Shown here one piece after another: positions 20,949-29,909 of a stretch of 44,807 nt of DNA. This stretch comes from Bacteroidia bacterium (GTDB taxonomy: Bacteria; Bacteroidota; Bacteroidia; UBA7662): assembly GCA_041688385.1 (NCBI GenBank), contig JBDNIH010000017.1, forward strand, positions 1 through 44,807, read 5' to 3'. The translations under genes were made by a program, and so were the position numbers. The notes under the pieces were generated by a model that was not told the DNA's origin, did not search any database, and was given only the letters and a program-made list of their open reading frames with translations. The stretch's first letter is position 1. Each line of letters opens with the position of its first letter.

Positions 20949-22147
20949 TTAAAATCAGGATATAACAGATACTTACTTCTTGTAATTTTATAGGCACTTA
21001 AATCAGCTTGCCAGCTTTGTCTAATTTGAGCTTCTGTTCTACCAGCTATGATTTGTTTGCGGAGTTCATCGGTACCGGCCAGTTTATCAAAAAAGGGTGT
21101 AAAAAACTTGCTCTTATCTGGACTTGCCGCATAAAATTCAAGCAACCAATCGAGGCGTATTTGTCCCAGCTGTTCCCATTTTTCAAGCGGCTCTTTGGAT
21201 AAATCATAACCCCCGCACTTTTCATTTTTGAATGGAGGGTTTAGTGCCTTTCCGGCGATAGCGACAGGCGTAAATGTGCTTGATCCTGTATTGAACCAAG
21301 GCGCTCCTATCTGCTGAAAAGGTTTTTCTGTCCCTCTACCCAGGCTCACAGGCGTTCCTTCGAAAAAACAAATGGAGGGATATAAATAAATCGCATGCAT
21401 ATTCGGGAGATTCGGGGAAGGTGCGACTGGTAAGTCATACTGCCGATTATGGGTATAAGCTACCATTTTGATCACACTAAAATCGCATTTTAACCCTTCG
21501 GGAAGCCATTTTTCACCTGCTATCATGCCTGCATATTCCCCAATCGTCATTCCATGTACGACAGGAATAGGGTGCATTCCAACAAAAGAGCGGAAGGCAG
21601 TATCCAAGACAGGACCATCAACATAATGGCCATTTGGATTAGGTCGATCAAAGATGAGTAAGGGCAAATTATGTTCTGCGCAAGCCTCCATCACATAATG
21701 TAGCGTGCTGATATAGGTATAAAAGCGTGCCCCTACGTCCTGAATATCGAAAACGAGTACTTCTAAGTCTTTTAAATCATCGGAGCCGGGTTTCTTTTTA
21801 TTGCCGTAAAGTGATACAACGCGTACACCTGTTTTTGGATCTCTACCGTCTTTAATTTCGGCGCCAGCCTCTGCTTCTCCCCGAAAACCGTGCTCAGGGG
21901 CAAAAATGGCAGAAACCTTGATGCCTAATTGCAAAAGGCTATCGATGAGATACTGCTGGCCAATTGTAGCTGTTTGGTTCACCACAAGCCCGACCTTCTT
22001 GCCTTTCAAAAGCGGCAAATATATCGAAGTTTGCATGGCACCGGTTTGTATGGGTGGCAACGCCTTATTTTTTGGTTGGGACGCGCAGGACAGGCTCAGC
22101 AAAAGGAAAACCATCAAAAACGTTAGTTTCCTGCTATTTTTGGACAA
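20945..22147 (-). CDS. Exo-beta-N-acetylmuramidase NamZ-like lipoprotein (DUF1343)
   Basis: FAPEHGFRG, FDIQDVGARFYTY, DRPNPNG, HGMTIGE, PSPNLP, SLGRGT..PF; lipobox LSLSC. Start uncertain (22168 ATG, 22147 TTG or 22114 ATG). Confidence 0.9.
   Translation of the reverse strand: MSKNSRKLTFLMVFLLLSLSCASQPKNKALPPIQTGAMQTSIYLPLLKGKKVGLVVNQTATIGQQYLIDSLLQLGIKVSAIFAPEHGFRGEAEAGAEIKDGRDPKTGVRVVSLYGNKKKPGSDDLKDLEVLVFDIQDVGARFYTYISTLHYVMEACAEHNLPLLIFDRPNPNGHYVDGPVLDTAFRSFVGMHPIPVVHGMTIGEYAGMIAGEKWLPEGLKCDFSVIKMVAYTHNRQYDLPVAPSPNLPNMHAIYLYPSICFFEGTPVSLGRGTEKPFQQIGAPWFNTGSSTFTPVAIAGKALNPPFKNEKCGGYDLSKEPLEKWEQLGQIRLDWLLEFYAASPDKSKFFTPFFDKLAGTDELRKQIIAGRTEAQIRQSWQADLSAYKITRSKYLLYPDFK
22135..22142 (+). promoter_or_regulatory. 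-7 element (TATTTTTG) for the LolC/E-like permease
   Basis: Exact TAnnTTTG match 15 bp upstream of GTG 22158, within or abutting the 5' end of the divergent namZ-like gene. Confidence 0.55.
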
Positions 22148-22157
22148 ACTCCTGTTT

Positions 22158-23378
22158 GTGTCTTTCATTTGGTTTTTATTTCGGCGGCTTGCTTTAGATC
22201 GTGGTCAACATTTATCCCGTTTGGTGGTTCGCTTGGCCATGGGAGGTGTTGCCGTGGGCATAACGGTCATGTTGGCTGCGATAGCCATTGTGAATGGTTT
22301 TCAGCAAACAATACCAGACAAATTTACCGGCTTCTGGGGCCATATTCAAATACAAAAACTCGATCTCAGCAATAGTTTTGAGCAACAGCCTTTCTTTATT
22401 CGTCCGGGTATGCTCGATAGTCTGGAAAAAACTGCAGGCATTGCCCATTTATTGCCTTATGCAACGAAAGGTGGTATTATTAAAACCGACAGCAGCTTCG
22501 AAGGTATCGTACTCAAAGGGGTTTATTGGCAATGGGACACGACGCTACTTAAACCTTTATTAACTGCAGGGCGTATGCCTGTACTAACGGAAGCGGAAAA
22601 CAGTAATGAGGTTTTATTACCGGTAAACATTGCAAACAAACTCGAATTGAACGTTGGTAGTCGCATTCAAATGTATTTTATCCAAGATCCTCCACGGGTT
22701 AGGGTAATGCAGGTGGTAGGTTTGTATCAATTGGGCATAGAAGGTGAGTTTTCGAAGCCCTTCGTTTTAGGCGATTTACGGCATGTTCAGCGTTTAAGCG
22801 GTTGGTCACCAGATGAAGTAGGTGGCATTGAAGTCCATTTGAAGAAAGGAGCCGACCAGACAGCCCTAACCGCTCAGCTCAGCGGAATGGTAGACAATGA
22901 CTTGGAAGCCTATTCCATCCAAGAGTTGTACCCCAATTTATTCAGTTGGCTAGGTTTGTTCGACCTCAATAAACAGGTGCTTATTGCCATAATGTTGCTC
23001 GTTGCAGGAGTCAATATGATATCGGCCTTACTTATTCTCATTTTGGAGCGTACATCCACAATCGGCTTACTCAAAACTATGGGCACGCGGAATAGATCTA
23101 TTCGAATTTTGTTTTTGTTAACGGGTGGATATATCGCACTTTGGGGCTTGTTTTGGGGTAATCTGGTTGGCTTAGGCTTTTATTGGCTGCAATACTACTT
23201 CCAACTCATCCCACTTGATGAAGCTTCCTACTATGTGGCCTTCGTACCCGTTTTGCTGAGTTGGCAAGAAGTGCTGATACTCAACTTAAGTACTTTGGTG
23301 GCCTGTATTTTAATGTTAATGGGTCCCTCATTTTTGGTAACGCGGATAAGTCCATTGAAGGCGATTAGGTTTGATTGA
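22158..23378 (+). CDS. LolC/E (FtsX/MacB-family) ABC permease
   Basis: TM1 then IVNGFQ..I, periplasmic domain, NMISALLILILERT..IG.LK.MG, YYV, terminal P.KAIRFD. The real start is probably GTG 22158; the track's extension is antisense to namZ. Confidence 0.88.
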   Translation: MSFIWFLFRRLALDRGQHLSRLVVRLAMGGVAVGITVMLAAIAIVNGFQQTIPDKFTGFWGHIQIQKLDLSNSFEQQPFFIRPGMLDSLEKTAGIAHLLPYATKGGIIKTDSSFEGIVLKGVYWQWDTTLLKPLLTAGRMPVLTEAENSNEVLLPVNIANKLELNVGSRIQMYFIQDPPRVRVMQVVGLYQLGIEGEFSKPFVLGDLRHVQRLSGWSPDEVGGIEVHLKKGADQTALTAQLSGMVDNDLEAYSIQELYPNLFSWLGLFDLNKQVLIAIMLLVAGVNMISALLILILERTSTIGLLKTMGTRNRSIRILFLLTGGYIALWGLFWGNLVGLGFYWLQYYFQLIPLDEASYYVAFVPVLLSWQEVLILNLSTLVACILMLMGPSFLVTRISPLKAIRFD

Positions 23379-23407
23379 AGGAAAAAAAGCACAATTAAAC
23401 CTAAATA

Positions 23408-26400
23408 CTAATTCAACACCAAATTCCTAAAATCCACCGGAACGACTTTACTCACCCCTTGCTCAATCATGGTTACGCCATAAATGATGTCGGTGGTTTC
23501 CATGGTTTTTTTGTTGTGGGTGACGATGATAAATTGACTGTTGTCGCTGAAACGACGGATCAGGCGGTTGAATTTATCGATATTATTATCGTCCAAAGGC
23601 GCGTCTACCTCATCAAATATGCAGAAAGGTGCTGGCTTGAAGAGGTAAATCGCAAATAGTAGCGCAGTAGCGGTAAGCGTTTTTTCACCGCCGCTTAGTT
23701 GATTGATGGTGAGTGGTTTTTTTCCTTTGGGCCGCGCAATAATATGGATGGCCGAATCCAGCGGATTGGCTTCGTCTGTGAGTATAAGATCGCAGGTATC
23801 TTCTTCGGTGAACAAAGAGCGGAAAACGGTCACGAAGTTTTCGCGTATGGTTATGAAAGCCGACATAAACTTCTCTCGAGCAGTTTGGTCTATTTCGGCC
23901 ATGGTAGCCAATAAAGAGATTTTGGCTTTAGTAAGGTCGTCCTTTTGACTGCTGATGAAATGAAATCGTTGTTCAATTTCCTGATAGGCTTCCACAGCCA
24001 TTGGGTTAATTGGCCCGAAATTTTCAAGCTTCTGCTTCATCTCCCCGACTTGTTTGCGCAAGCTATCGGCAGCTACTTCAGGCACGCCCTCACGATCTCG
24101 TAAATCGTTAACATCTATCTCAAACTCCACGGAAAGACGCTCGGCCAAACCTGCTTCCTGCAATTTCAGGGCATTGGCCTTTTCTTTGAGTTCGTTTAAC
24201 AAATAGGCCTGCTGTTCTTTTTGCTGGCGGATATCACGGATACTGTTTTCAACACCATCGAGCTTGCCTCGTTCGGCGTACATAGCTACTTCGGCCTCCT
24301 GCACAGCCTTTTCCATGGCTTCTTTTTGCCCGTACAAGTCCAGTAAAGTAGTATCACTGAAATCTGTGCTTTTGAGTACTTCTTTAAGTTCCTGCTGGCC
24401 TTGAACAAGTAAGCGCGTATTGTCGGCGATACGTTTGTCGAGAATATTGAGTTGACTCGTTTTGAAGTCGATATCCTGCTTTACGGAAGAATACTTATTA
24501 AACTGTTGGTGGTAAGCTACGTTAGCCTCATTAAAGGCCGTATTTTGTTGTTGAAGACGTTCATTTAGCTGTTTGAATAACTCTTGCTGTTCGGCCAGAC
24601 TTGTTTGCAGATTGTCGCGTTGTTTGTTTTTTTGCTCGAGCTCAGGTTCCTGCTGGCTGAGTAAAAGTGCGGTATCTTGCTGCTTTTTTTCGAGTTCTTC
24701 TTTGCGGTTGAAACTCACTGCTAAAAACTTCTCTTGTTGGTCTTGCTGACTTTTGACCAACCGGTATTCTCCTTCGATTTTATTTAGCTGGTCTTTGCAC
24801 AAATTGAGCTCTTGTTGTTTGGTCGACAAGCGTGCTTCTTGTTCTTGTCTGTTGAGGGTATGTAGCAGCTCCTGCTCCTCTTTGATTTGTTGCTCAACGC
24901 TGGCTATTTGTTTTTGCAAGACCTCCAAGTTGCGTTTGCGACCAATACGTTTTCCTTCAAACAAACCCATCGAGCCACCTGCTAAAAACAGTCTGCTGCC
25001 CGTAAAACGACCATTCCGACTGATTAAAACAGCATCGGCATAGCTAGCTGTTAAACTTTGATGCGCCTGATCATAACCATCGGCGGCCTCATGGAAATAC
25101 ACATGGCCCAGGAGGTGGTTAATTAGGTTGGAAAACGGGATATCACATTCGGCAATATTCAAAGCAGGAATACATCCCGCCACCAGAATAGGCTCGGCCT
25201 GAATGTAATTATTGAATGCCTCTAGCACAAAAAAGTTAGCCCTACCCTTGGTAGCGTTTGCAAGTAACTCTATCCCCGCTCTGGCTTCGGCATAGGTTTG
25301 AACCACATAATAGTTAAGCCAGGGTTCCAGATAATTTTCAATGGCTGCCTTATACTCGGGTTTACAGCTAATGATGTCGCTGAGCAGTTGTGCATTTTTG
25401 GTCCACCCCGGGCTCTTTTTTAAAAATTTGAGTGATTCAGGATAACCTTCAAGATTATCGACCAAACTTTTGGTGAGATTGTATTCGTTTGTTAGCTTAT
25501 CGAGTTGGCGGTTGAAGTCGGCAGTACGTGTTTTTGATTGGTCAATCAAACCACGTAACTGCTGCAAGCGATCAGCGAGTTGTTGTTCGTATTTAGTGAG
25601 TTGCTCGAGCTGTTTTTGTAAATCCGTTCGTTGTTTTTCGAGCTCTTCGAGGCTTAAACTAAAGCTGTTCATTTCAGTCGACCGCTGTGCAGATTCACTG
25701 GCATTTCTTTCTAGTTCCTGTTGCAGCGAATCCAGCTGAATACGATGAATAGCTACCTGTTTTTCGAGCGTATAAGCAGCTTGACGCAATTGGTTAAGCT
25801 GACTTTGATCAGCTTCGATTGCTTTTTGTTGCTGCTGGTGTGCTTGGCGACTGGCTTCGGCTGCAACTTTACGTTCGTTGACCTGAGCCTCGTTGTGTTT
25901 AACTTCTACTTCCAGCGTTACGCAAATTTGGGTTTGTTTTTCTAACTCCGCTTTCACATAGTCGGTATGCCCTGCATCTTCTTTCAACTGTTTTTGAAGG
26001 GCTTGTTCTTTATCCGTAAGAAAACGATGTTTTTCGTTTTGCAGCCGCTGTTCGTTTTCATATTGCCGGATGGCAGCAATGTGCTCGTTGGTCGCCTTTT
26101 GGCGGCTAGCAAGTAACTTTTCACGCTCAACGATGGCCAGTTTAATCTGTTGGACATCGGCTTCGAATTTGCTAATACCAGCCTCATGGCCTTGGCGTCC
26201 ATCAAGTAATTGCTGTTCTTCCCTGTGTAGCTTTTCGAGCTTTTCATGCAGCTCTTGCAAGGAATACCAAGCTAAATCGAGGCTTAGACTTTTATATTCC
26301 TCCCGCATTTTGTAGTAACGTTCGGTTTTACGGGCTTGGCTTTGCAGGGCCTTCATGTTTTTGTCTATCTCGAACAAGAGGTCCTCTACCCTTTCCAAAT

Positions 26401-26959
26401 CAGCTTGGGTATCTTCCAGTTTTGAGAGCGTTTCTTTTTTGCGGATTTTATATTTTGATACCCCTGAAGCTTCTTCAAAAAGCTGGCGCCGGGAGTTGTC
26501 TTTGTCGTTAAGGATGTCATCAATCATCTTCAATTCCATGATCGCATAGCTATCGCTGCCGATGCCGGTATCGAGGAAGAGGCTGGTGATGTCTTTGAGG
26601 CGACAATTTACGCCATTGAGCAGATATTCGCTGTCGCCGGTGCGGTAGAGTCGACGCGTAATAGTGACTTCATTGTATTCGGTAGGCAGAATATTTCGGG
26701 AGTTCTCAAAGCTAAGTTGCACTTCGGCCATGCTGGCCTGTTTGCGGGTTTTGGTGCCGTTAAACAGCACATTTTCCATCTTGTCGGAGCGCAACATACG
26801 CGATTTTTGCTCTCCTAGCACCCAGCGCATGGCATCTACCACATTGGACTTGCCACAGCCATTCGGCCCGACTATGCCCGTTACGCCGTCGTTAAAATGG
26901 ATGGAGACTTTATCCCCAAAACTTTTAAATCCTTTTATCTCTATCGACTTCAACCGCAT
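23408..26959 (-). CDS. smc: Chromosome segregation protein SMC
   Basis: GFKSF, GPNGCGKSNVVDAMRWVLGEQ, long coiled coils with a central hinge, LSGGEK, FCIFDEVDAPLD, QFIIVTH. Confidence 0.97.
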   Translation of the reverse strand: MRLKSIEIKGFKSFGDKVSIHFNDGVTGIVGPNGCGKSNVVDAMRWVLGEQKSRMLRSDKMENVLFNGTKTRKQASMAEVQLSFENSRNILPTEYNEVTITRRLYRTGDSEYLLNGVNCRLKDITSLFLDTGIGSDSYAIMELKMIDDILNDKDNSRRQLFEEASGVSKYKIRKKETLSKLEDTQADLERVEDLLFEIDKNMKALQSQARKTERYYKMREEYKSLSLDLAWYSLQELHEKLEKLHREEQQLLDGRQGHEAGISKFEADVQQIKLAIVEREKLLASRQKATNEHIAAIRQYENEQRLQNEKHRFLTDKEQALQKQLKEDAGHTDYVKAELEKQTQICVTLEVEVKHNEAQVNERKVAAEASRQAHQQQQKAIEADQSQLNQLRQAAYTLEKQVAIHRIQLDSLQQELERNASESAQRSTEMNSFSLSLEELEKQRTDLQKQLEQLTKYEQQLADRLQQLRGLIDQSKTRTADFNRQLDKLTNEYNLTKSLVDNLEGYPESLKFLKKSPGWTKNAQLLSDIISCKPEYKAAIENYLEPWLNYYVVQTYAEARAGIELLANATKGRANFFVLEAFNNYIQAEPILVAGCIPALNIAECDIPFSNLINHLLGHVYFHEAADGYDQAHQSLTASYADAVLISRNGRFTGSRLFLAGGSMGLFEGKRIGRKRNLEVLQKQIASVEQQIKEEQELLHTLNRQEQEARLSTKQQELNLCKDQLNKIEGEYRLVKSQQDQQEKFLAVSFNRKEELEKKQQDTALLLSQQEPELEQKNKQRDNLQTSLAEQQELFKQLNERLQQQNTAFNEANVAYHQQFNKYSSVKQDIDFKTSQLNILDKRIADNTRLLVQGQQELKEVLKSTDFSDTTLLDLYGQKEAMEKAVQEAEVAMYAERGKLDGVENSIRDIRQQKEQQAYLLNELKEKANALKLQEAGLAERLSVEFEIDVNDLRDREGVPEVAADSLRKQVGEMKQKLENFGPINPMAVEAYQEIEQRFHFISSQKDDLTKAKISLLATMAEIDQTAREKFMSAFITIRENFVTVFRSLFTEEDTCDLILTDEANPLDSAIHIIARPKGKKPLTINQLSGGEKTLTATALLFAIYLFKPAPFCIFDEVDAPLDDNNIDKFNRLIRRFSDNSQFIIVTHNKKTMETTDIIYGVTMIEQGVSKVVPVDFRNLVLN

Positions 26960-27007
26960 CCGCTTCTGTTTCCTTTCCCAAACATTTCGATTGTTTTCAC
27001 AACCTTA

Positions 27008-27015
27008 CAAACCTA
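27008..27015 (-). promoter_or_regulatory. Candidate -7 element (TAGGTTTG) for smc
   Basis: TAnnTTTG match 48 bp upstream of the smc ATG, embedded in short AACCT(T)A repeats. Confidence 0.4.
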
Positions 27016-27055
27016 AACCTAACTACCTTAGCGTTATCCCCAAATTACTGTGTAA

Positions 27056-27586
27056 ATGGACGTCACTACCGTATTATATATCGTTGCCGTTGTTGGTTAT
27101 TCTCTTTATCAGGGTTATAACAAACGCAAAGCCCGCCAACAGGGAGATAAACCGGTTCAGGAGGCCGAAAATACGGAACTACCTGATTGGATGAAGGAAA
27201 TTTTCGCAGAAGAGCCTAAGCCAGTACCTCGCCCCAAGCCCCAAGCTCCGCCGCCGATGATGGAAGCCAAACCTATGGAGCCTGAGCCCATGGTGGTGAA
27301 GCCTATGAAAACCAGTCAACTCGGCAAAAAATACAAACCTATCACCACTACATCTTACGAGACCTTAGAAGATTACAGACCCGATAACCGGTCGTTGGAA
27401 ACCATCAAAGAAGATCGCATTCAACAAATGAAAAAGGATACCGCACGTGCCGCCTTTATGGAAGCTGATAGCGCCATCTATAATAAAGCGATTGCCGACC
27501 TGCCTGAAGAAACAGACTTTGCCGTAGATGCAGAAAGTCTAAGAAAAGGTATTGTTTACGGTGAAATTTTAGCAAAAAGGTATTAA
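27056..27586 (+). CDS. Hypothetical membrane-anchored protein with Pro-rich linker
   Basis: N-terminal TM, low-complexity PKP/PME region, C-terminal LRKGIVYGEILAKRY helix. Confidence 0.7.
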   Translation: MDVTTVLYIVAVVGYSLYQGYNKRKARQQGDKPVQEAENTELPDWMKEIFAEEPKPVPRPKPQAPPPMMEAKPMEPEPMVVKPMKTSQLGKKYKPITTTSYETLEDYRPDNRSLETIKEDRIQQMKKDTARAAFMEADSAIYNKAIADLPEETDFAVDAESLRKGIVYGEILAKRY

Positions 27587-27593
27587 GGCTGGC

Positions 27594-29240
27594 CTATTTT
27601 ACCAATTTCTGCTTCAAGAGATAATCCTCAAAAGGCAACTTCAGTTGCTCTCCTTTCTGTAATTTGAACTTGGTTTTCTGCCATTCATTGTTTGGACTCA
27701 AGCGCACTTCTCCTTGGCTCGTTTTTACGACCATGGGCAAATAGAAGTCCTTGCTCACACCAGTAAAACGATAGCTGATTTCAGTCTCGTTTTTCCTGGC
27801 ATTTAGTTTGAATTCGATGGTTGGAATATTGGCTTCAAATAAATAATGCTGCAATGTAGCTGCATAGCGAGCATCGGTATGCCTCGCCCACCACTCGGTG
27901 ACCTGACGCGTACTTGTTATTTTTTTGAAAAAAGCTTTATTGAACTCTCTTAAAAGTTCGTAAAAGCGCACGTCGTCATCCAGACTATTTCTCAGGCTGT
28001 GTATAATCCAAGCACCTTTATAATAGTTATCGTTATCGCCTTTGGTATAATTTACATCGTAAGGCCCCACCATTGGTTTGGCATTTCGAATACGTGGCTT
28101 TTGCGTGTAGATATACTTTTCAGCAGCCTCTTTACCATTCAAACACTCCATATATATGGTCTCGCTATAGGTGCAAAATCCTTCGTGCACCCACATATCG
28201 GCATGATCAGCTACGCTTATGCTGTTCCCAAACCATTCATGTCCGCTTTCGTGCACAATAATAAAATCAAAGCCAAATTTGTTGTTTCGATAGTTGTTTC
28301 CGTAAGCAATCGCACTTTGGTGTTCCATACCCCAATAAGGTGTTTCCACCAAGGCATATCCGTCACTCCAAAAGGCATAAGGACCCATTTTAGCTTCAAA
28401 ACAACTAAGCATGGGTTTGACTTGCTGGAAATGTTCGGTGGCCTTTAGCGCGTTGCCACGAAGTACATAATAGTTTAAGATTTGGGTTTCACCGTGTGAA
28501 TCCGAGTAGTCATCAGTGAAATGAACATAATCTGCAATATTCACCGTTACATTGTAACTATTAATTGTATTTTTGACCTTCCATACAAAAGTTTCTTTTT
28601 TATCTTTAATCTCTCTAGAGATAAATTTACCATTACCAATGGCCATCAAACCGATGGGTACAGTATAGCTTAGTACCATACTGTCGGGTTCATCGCTGAG
28701 ATGATCTTTGTTTGGCCACCAACTGCTGGCTCCAAGACCTTCGCAGCTTACGCCAACCCACGGTCGATCGCTTTTGTCTTTTGCAAAGCTAAATCCACCA
28801 TCCCAAGGTGCTTTTTTAGCAACTAAAGCAGGGCCATGGTAAAACACTTGAAAGCGGTTCAACTCTCCTTGAACCTGCTTACTAGGGAAAAGGAGAAAGG
28901 TGGCATTCCCTTCTCGTTCAAAACGAAGTTTTTGCCCTTGCCAAAGCACGCTATCCACACTGAAGCGATCAAATAAATCGAATTGAAGTTTTTGGTAATC
29001 AACTACATTTTGAACAAGGAAACTTACAGCCCCACGCAACTGGTCAAGTGGTAAACTAGGGTTATTTGCATCTAAGCTTGAAAAATCGAGTACCAGCTTG
29101 TACTGTTTAACGTCATAACAAGCCCTTTCTGGGAATAAATAACCCCGTAGAGAATCTTGGCGATTGTAGAAAACTGGGGTTTGCCCAAGTACGGGGAAAC
29201 CGATTAAAAAAAAGGGAAAAAGGAGCAATAACTTCTTCAT
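27594..29240 (-). CDS. M1-family aminopeptidase, exported
   Basis: GMEH (GAMEN-like), HESGHEW followed 18 residues later by E (WVHEGF), YYKG catalytic Tyr; signal peptide. Confidence 0.92.
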   Translation of the reverse strand: MKKLLLLFPFFLIGFPVLGQTPVFYNRQDSLRGYLFPERACYDVKQYKLVLDFSSLDANNPSLPLDQLRGAVSFLVQNVVDYQKLQFDLFDRFSVDSVLWQGQKLRFEREGNATFLLFPSKQVQGELNRFQVFYHGPALVAKKAPWDGGFSFAKDKSDRPWVGVSCEGLGASSWWPNKDHLSDEPDSMVLSYTVPIGLMAIGNGKFISREIKDKKETFVWKVKNTINSYNVTVNIADYVHFTDDYSDSHGETQILNYYVLRGNALKATEHFQQVKPMLSCFEAKMGPYAFWSDGYALVETPYWGMEHQSAIAYGNNYRNNKFGFDFIIVHESGHEWFGNSISVADHADMWVHEGFCTYSETIYMECLNGKEAAEKYIYTQKPRIRNAKPMVGPYDVNYTKGDNDNYYKGAWIIHSLRNSLDDDVRFYELLREFNKAFFKKITSTRQVTEWWARHTDARYAATLQHYLFEANIPTIEFKLNARKNETEISYRFTGVSKDFYLPMVVKTSQGEVRLSPNNEWQKTKFKLQKGEQLKLPFEDYLLKQKLVK

Positions 29241-29283
29241 ATGGATTTCATATTAGCTTAAAGATAGTAAAACAGTCCACCGC

Positions 29284-29291
29284 TAATTTCG
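29284..29291 (+). promoter_or_regulatory. Candidate -7 element variant (TAATTTCG) for the redoxin-monooxygenase pair
   Basis: TAnnTTCG variant 21 bp upstream of ATG 29313; the same variant (TATTTTCG) occurs upstream of gyrA (13537-13544, -) and fbp (18476-18483, -). Confidence 0.45.
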
Positions 29292-29312
29292 CACTTTAGA
29301 AGAAGTAACAAG

Positions 29313-29909
29313 ATGAAATATCTTTTAATAATCGTGCTTGGTCTTTTAACGACTAGCCTATCTGCCCAACAAGACAACTGGAAGGAAAACAAGGCCTTCC
29401 AGCGTATAAAATTGGAAAATTCACGCGGCAAAAAAGTCAAGCTCCGAGACATCGACTATTACAAGGCAACGGTGATTGTGTTTTTATCGCCTGAATGTCC
29501 GCTAAGTCTTAATTACACCAAAAACTTACGCGAATTACATCAGCACTTTACAGAAGAAAACATTCTTTTTCTTGGCGTTTATGCTGGGAATGACTTGTCA
29601 ATGCAGGAAATAGAAAGCTTTAGACAAAAGTATAAGTTGCCCTTCGACATTTTAATCGATGGCCATTTTGAACTCGCTCAACTACTCATGGCAACCAAAA
29701 CTCCTGAGGTATTTTTAACCGACCCATGGGGTGGAATACAATACCGGGGGGCGATTGATGATTGGGCGATTGCATTGGGGAAAGTTAAGTCGATAGCAGA
29801 GGTAGAATACCTCTCCCTTGCACTCGAAAAATGGCTAATGAACGAGCCTATTTGGCCTAACGAAACCAGCGTAATTGGCTGTCTACTAGAATTTCCTGCA
29901 AAACTTTGA
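29313..29909 (+). CDS. Exported redoxin (AhpC/TSA thioredoxin-fold) protein
   Basis: Signal peptide; ECPLS (CxxS), TPEVF cis-Pro motif, YRGAIDD, C-terminal IGC. Confidence 0.85.
   Translation: MKYLLIIVLGLLTTSLSAQQDNWKENKAFQRIKLENSRGKKVKLRDIDYYKATVIVFLSPECPLSLNYTKNLRELHQHFTEENILFLGVYAGNDLSMQEIESFRQKYKLPFDILIDGHFELAQLLMATKTPEVFLTDPWGGIQYRGAIDDWAIALGKVKSIAEVEYLSLALEKWLMNEPIWPNETSVIGCLLEFPAKL

Noticed and set aside
21906-22157. 84-aa N-terminal extension of the permease ORF
   Set aside because: Antisense to the namZ-like gene; GTG 22158 with a -7 box just upstream gives a normal LolC/E N-terminus
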